Source: Amphiscolops sp. MND2022 (Eukaryota). From it: a stretch of 64,000 nt of DNA. The stretch lies in assembly GCA_964187785.1 (NCBI GenBank), contig OZ076409.1:48920001-48984000 (forward strand), written 5' to 3'. The stretch's first letter is position 1. The number at the start of each line of letters is the position of its first letter. Below, piece by piece: positions 58,400 through 64,000 of the stretch. The position numbers and the translations under genes are program-made. Under the pieces are notes generated by a model. The model did not search any database and was not told where the DNA came from. It saw nothing but the letters and a program-made list of their open reading frames with translations.

Positions 58400-60022
58400 T
58401 GCAGTATAATCAAATCCAGTTATGTAGCTTTTATAGGATGTGGCTGCGCTTTGAGATTGTTCGTCTTCTAGGGCCTGAACAGAAAATTTAAGTCCCTGTT
58501 CTTGCTTTTGATGCCACCAAAACGGGTACTGATATCCTTCACCAACGGGTACTGATATTCTAGATGTGAGACAAAAAAGGCCAACAACTCATGCTCTGTT
58601 TTATTCAGCATTGGTTCCAGAACAGCATTCTGTTTCGGTATGATACGTATTGGTAATAATTCAGATACCTGATACTAAAATGTGTTGAAAAAGTTTGGAC
58701 AATTGAATCTGATTGGTCAGATGACCCAGTGCAAAATATCTTGAAACGCTTGCAAGACTCTTGAAACCAAGATCTTGCATACTCTTACATATTCCCGTTT
58801 ACTCCTAAAAGGCTTGATAAGATCTTTCCGGGTTGACATAACATTTAGTCAATACAATGTTTTCATATATGGAAAATAGAGGCCATACAAGAAAACCACT
58901 TTATGACTATTCTATGACTCAAAGTTTTTCAAATGTGGTCATTTTTTAAAAACAAAATGTTTTCATGTATGGTTAATGGATAACTTGAATGGTTTCCATG
59001 AAAGATAATTCTAAAACTGAGTTCATTTCTAAGAAACTTTTCGAGTAGTAATGACCTTCTGCTGTTTACGCTGAAGCTGGAACCGGAGACCTCTCCAGCT
59101 TTACCTCCAGCATCGAAAACATATACAATGAAAACTTTTGTATGAAAAAGATGCGAACTAGTAAGATGATGAAGAAAATTTTGATACTTTCTATGTCAGC
59201 ATTTACTCTTGTTTCAGCTATATTCATTTTCCGAGAAGTTATGTGGTTCAAACGAGATCAATCATGAATAAATGCGCAGAAGATACCAAAAATTGGTGAT
59301 TTTGATGATATTCTTAGATAGAAATTGGTACATTGACTGAAGAGCAGGCAACAAATTCATCAACTTGAGTGGCAAATGACTACATTATGCTTCTTTGCCA
59401 TGTAGGGAAAACTTTTGGTCCATAAAAGTACCTTGTTATGGTCATTGTATGATTGGAATGTTTTTTCTCCAGAATGCTCATTGCATGACTTAGCTGATTC
59501 CATAGATCACCAGTTATGCATTTTTCTGATCCAGATGTTTTTTCTATGGAGGTCAACCCTGGTTAATTATTCTTTCTTCGCACAAACTTTTTGACTTTCA
59601 TATCAGGAGCTTGGTTAGTATCCTTTGAAGGGTATCAAGAAAAATTTCAACTTGGAAAACAAACAACACTTTGTTTACATTTACTTTGCTATTGTTCGCA
59701 CTGCCAGAGACCTTTTCATATTTGGAGTGTTGTTTATGGGACAACAAAAAATATTTAAGTTCAGGGCAATGATAGTTTGGTTGATAGCGTGAAGCAGTTG
59801 ACGATGGTTTTTGTTAAATTTCTTTCACATTTGTTAGCTTTTTCCTGCAGAAACCTTTTGTCAAGATCTCGCAATATCGTACATATTCGTGCGTTCTTCA
59901 TTAGAATCTAGCCAAGATTCTTCCAAACGTGTAACGAAACCGCAGGAACATTATCAGGAATTCCAAGAAATTACTCACCGGGGAAAAACTTGACGTAGCA
60001 GAACGAGTTGAAAATAAAGAAA

Positions 60023-61015
60023 ACAAGACGAGAACGCCTCAAGTCGGCGCTATATCTAAGGCTCAAAAAGCGCAAAACATTTTTTTGGAAAAAAACTTGA
60101 AATTTTCGGAAAAAAAATTTCTTTCGGAAAATGTCGCACAGTGCCGAAAAATGTAAAAGGGGGGACCCTTTTTGATTTATAAACACGCATTCTGTAGCAA
60201 AATAACAAAAAACTCAAAGGGGGGACCCTTTGGGGACATTAAAAAAAATTCGAAAAAAAATCTCACAGCGCCGAAAAAAAATCGAAAGGGGGGGGGGTGT
60301 ACGAAACTTTAGTCCCGTCCGGGCTTGTATGTAGCGTTGAAAAAGTAGATGAATGCGCTCTCCGTGTTTGCCTTTAGCGGTCCAGTAGTTTAGTACTTTT
60401 AGTAGGTGAACGTTAATTTTAACGTTCGTCGCTTCGAGTCTGTCTTAAATAAAAAAAAAGAAAAAAAAACGAGTGACTGTAATAGTCGGGCTCTTTTCTT
60501 AAGAAAAGCGCCGACTAAAAACAAGACGAGAACGCCTCAAGTCGGCGCTATATCTAAGGCTCAAAAAGCGCAAAACATTTTTTTGGAAAAAAACTTGAAA
60601 TTTTCGGAAAAAAAATTTCTTTCGGAAAATGTCGCACAGTGCCGAAAAATGTAAAAGGGGGGACCCTTTTTGATTTATAAACACGCATTCTGTAGCAAAA
60701 TAACAAAAAACTCAAAGGGGGGACCCTTTGGGGACATTAAAAAAAATTCGAAAAAAAATATCACAGCGCCGAAAAAAAATCGAAAGGGGGGGTGTACGAA
60801 ACTTTAGTCCCGTCCGGGCTTGTATGTAGCGTTGAAAAAGTAAATGAATGCGCTCTCCGTGTTTGCCTTTAGCGGTCCAGTAGTTTAGTACTTTTGGTAG
60901 GTGAACGTTAATTTTAACGTTCGTCGCTTCGAGTCTGTCTTAAATAAAAAAAAAGAAAAAAAACGAGTGACTGTAATAGTCGGGCTCTTTTCTTAAGAAA
61001 AGCGCCGACTAAAAA
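60023..61015 (+). mobile_element. Head-to-tail dimer of the Helentron/DINE-1-like element (period about 498 bp)
   Basis: ACAAGACGAGAACGCC starts at 60023 and 60521. Subterminal inverted pair AGTCGGCGCT/AGCGCCGACT; 3' hairpin CTTTTCTTAAGAAAAG. Confidence 0.85.
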
Positions 61016-61580
61016 TCGGTTCGTACAGAGCAGTTTTACAGTTAATAGGAATGTGCGCCATCTGACATTCGACGGAAACAAAGAGACTGTTCAAAAACCA
61101 TTTCGAAGGACCTGAAGTCAAACTGCAACACAAAAACTTTTCAACTTGGTAAAAACATTTGTGAAAAATTACACACCCTTGGAATTGATTATAATCACGT
61201 TTTGTGATAAAACTCTGGGATACTCATATCCTCTCAAACTTTTAAAAATTGCACACCTGTTGCAAAAAAAAATCGGCAATTAAGAAGAAAAGGCTCAATA
61301 CCACAAATTCTACGGTCGGGGATTCAAACATACGTTCCAAATATTATCTGACTATGACAAATCCACAGTCACATAGCTGCAGCCACGTGGACAATAGATT
61401 GTGGGGTTAGAGGTGTGGTTTCGAAGAGCCTTGTTGTAGATCACATGGGTGTGACTGCTTGTCGTTACTATTTCCATTTTTGTTTTCTCAGCTGAATACT
61501 TTCTTTCATGAGTATAAACCTAAGCTAAAGATGAAAAAACCAATGAAGTTGAGTTGAGTTGAGAGATGTTTGAACTTGAT

Positions 61581-62433
61581 TGTCGAGCCCTACCGTGTGG
61601 GCCGGCTTTGAAGGACCTTTCGAAGTTGATGGCCGACTTTCACTCTCTGTCTTATTTATAACGGCCATCATTAAGTCCTTCAGTTGACTAAACTCATTTT
61701 GCAAGTCGTTTATTTTCCTTTCGTAACTTTCTCTTATTTCAGACAACTGAGAAGAGATGTCTGAAGTTTCGTTGCTATCAGAGTCATGGGCAGACGTCTG
61801 GGCCATGTCTGGATCAGTTGGAATAGATGTTTCAGACGAGGAACTAATAATTTTACCACTTCTGAGCTCAGTACCTTGTTCTGGATTCATATAGACGAGG
61901 GAAAAGGATTATGAGTGAAGACTGGATTATCTGAGATGTTATTGCGATGTATTTTTGCTGTTCTATTCGATTGTAATCTCTAATTCACTAAGTTTGAACA
62001 GAGATGTTTTAACGATGATTAGTATAAATAAGCAAGTCGTAAGGAAAGTAGTAGGAAATTAGCAAGGTGAATAGGAAAGTTCATCCAATTTTCATCGCAG
62101 TTGCAGATGTACATGAGAAAGTAGTTAGCTTGCGATTTTGCAGTTTTCAGTGATGAAATAGAGATGTATTTTCTGGTGAAATTCGACGTTGAGTATCCTA
62201 CTGGATGGTAGCTAATCACAATTCGGTCTGAGTAATGTTTAATGGCGGTCCAATTTACAGCAGTTCACGTGTCTTTTCAGGCTGGTAAGACGCTAAATCT
62301 CTTACCAGCCACCTCTTATTGGCTATTGCCAGTTGGTGCTAATTGGTAAGTCACGTGACCGGTGTTGTGAACTGCCGCAAGTTGGCTGAACCACATGGTA
62401 CATCTACATATGCTAATTATGATTAATCATCAC
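61581..62433 (-). mobile_element. Probable solo LTR containing a gag-like ORF start (family C, copy 2)
   Basis: ORF 61890-> MNPEQGTELRSGK... with a coiled coil, reading out through the CGACA end. Ends match 29515-30117. Confidence 0.5.
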
Positions 62434-62559
62434 TTTACAATGTCGCAATTACCTGCACGCAGCATCATAGTTTCTATAGCAACCCAAATCATTCAAAAAT
62501 GTACTAATTTCAAGTCAAACCAGAGTAAACTGTATCACAGGATGAGAAAACGATGTTTT

Positions 62560-63370
62560 CCAACTAATTCTAGCACCAAAATCAATACTTCAAAACTAAA
62601 GATGGAAATGCGATGAATTTGTCAGAATATTTGCTGATTTTCAAGTCTAGTTTAGCTCTGGATGAAAATGCGATGAATGGTGGTCTTTTCGCTCGAAAAT
62701 CAACACTATATAAACTGACGATGATAAAAGGATGAACTCTCCATAAAATTTGCCAATTTCCAGCACTGATTAAAATGACGATAAATTCAGGATGAATCCA
62801 CTCAGAAAATGCTATTTCTAGCGCATGATCAGTTTTAGCGATGAGTTTAGGATGAACTCGTGAATTAAAACAGCAACTATCGAAGCAATTCAAACTAGCG
62901 ATGAGTTTAGGATGAACTCATCCACTAAAATGGTAATTTCTCAACACAAGGTGAAATCATGATGAATTAATGATGGATTTGCTAAACAAATCAGATAACC
63001 AGCGCAATCACTCTTTTTTAGGATGGGTTAAGGATGTACTTTCTCATTTCTCTTCTATGTTAGTATGACGATGAATAAAGGATGTCTTACTGTCCTTAAG
63101 AAATGAGAAGCACTTTTGTGAGTTTCTACATGAAATATAACGATGAATTAGTGATGGAGTTTAACTAAAATGAGTCCCGTAAAATCCGCTGATGGATTTA
63201 TGATGAAAAGTAAAGTTTATTGTCCCATGCGTGGTTCATTCGCAATCTCGGAGATGGGATTGCGATGAACTTTGTTAACAGCACCAGTAAATCCGCTGAT
63301 GGATTTAAATGAAATCAAATCAGAATCATCACTAAATTAGACGATGAATTTGTGATGTATCTTTGATGAA
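62560..63370 (+). repeat. Degenerate array of GATGAA/GATGGA-centred motifs
   Basis: Recurrent (GC)GATGAATT and GGATGAACTC; exact repeat of TAGCGATGAGTTTAGGATGAACTC at about 62836 and 62896. Confidence 0.65.
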
Positions 63371-64000
63371 ATTTGTCACAACTACAAACTCTGAGGCGGG
63401 GAGCTAGTAGAAGTTATAACTTTCATCGTTTCTATATCTCGCGGTCCAGTCTGACCGGAAAACTTCTCTCCCTTGTCGTGACAAACCAATATTTAAGAAA
63501 AGTAGCACATCTAAGGCTAATGGCAAGATCATTTATGCCGACACCGGAACTAGAGCGCTCAGTATTAAGTAGATATATATAACTCACACTCAAAGGGGGA
63601 AGGGATTAAGGTACAAGTAACGTAGGGTTGCTCACAACCATGGCTCTTCTTATATGACTTCATATTGCCCATATCTAAGTACATAAGACATAATATTTAC
63701 ATTACAGATATTTAGTAGATTATATTTCCATCATGCTGGCATGACACTCCCGGGGGTGGGATTTGGACTGAGAGTGCAGGGGCCAAATGTGCAGAGGATG
63801 GTTGTCTCGGCGTTGGCTTCGACTGTTTCCTTCGTTTTGTTGGGGAGAAAATGTCCTTCGTTGGTTCTGAATTGGCATGTCCTTCGTTTGTTCTGTCCTG
63901 TGAGAGCTTCTCTGAGAAGAGGACCTTCGGTAATCGTCATTTCTGGCATCATCCTGGGTGATTTCGGTTAAAAATTTTCGACGCGGCAACTCTATTTCTT

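Noticed and set aside
24195..60684. Many short Lys/Phe-rich ORFs (for example 24298, 31590, 49141, 57974, 60406) and ORFs across the N gap
   Set aside because: Chance translations of the DINE-1-like repeats or of N runs.
63374..64000. End of another LTR element (TGTCAC/GTGACA, GGGGGAAGGGA, LSPNPTP-like tail)
   Set aside because: Orientation signals conflict and the window edge truncates it.

Overview
Eukaryotic (animal, probably invertebrate) repeat-rich DNA. A TRPM-family channel gene runs on the minus strand: six phase-consistent N-terminal exons lie between 57265 and 21030, and the gene continues beyond both ends of the window. Its introns are full of transposons. The main feature is a 19.2-kb Ty3/gypsy-type LTR retrotransposon (1220-20465) with 734-bp LTRs that differ at one position by eye. 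Its architecture is unusual. (1) One roughly 3,250-aa gag-pol frame, now broken, carries a duplicated pseudo-protease plus protease, a dUTPase-like insert, and an integrase tail with AT-hooks and two tandem TARG1/DarG-like macrodomains. (2) A roughly 1,450-aa extra ORF in the env position carries an SGNH-hydrolase-like domain rather than a fusogen. (3) The target-site duplication appears to be 3 bp. (4) The LTR holds a covarying pseudoknotted RNA structure shared with two diverged solo LTRs (22013-22527, 24661-25433). The window also has a decayed BEL/Pao element in tandem arrangement, many Helentron/DINE-1-like non-autonomous copies, MITEs, a long inverted repeat, minisatellites and a 200-N assembly gap. 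All domain calls come from motif recognition by eye and need HMM or structure confirmation.
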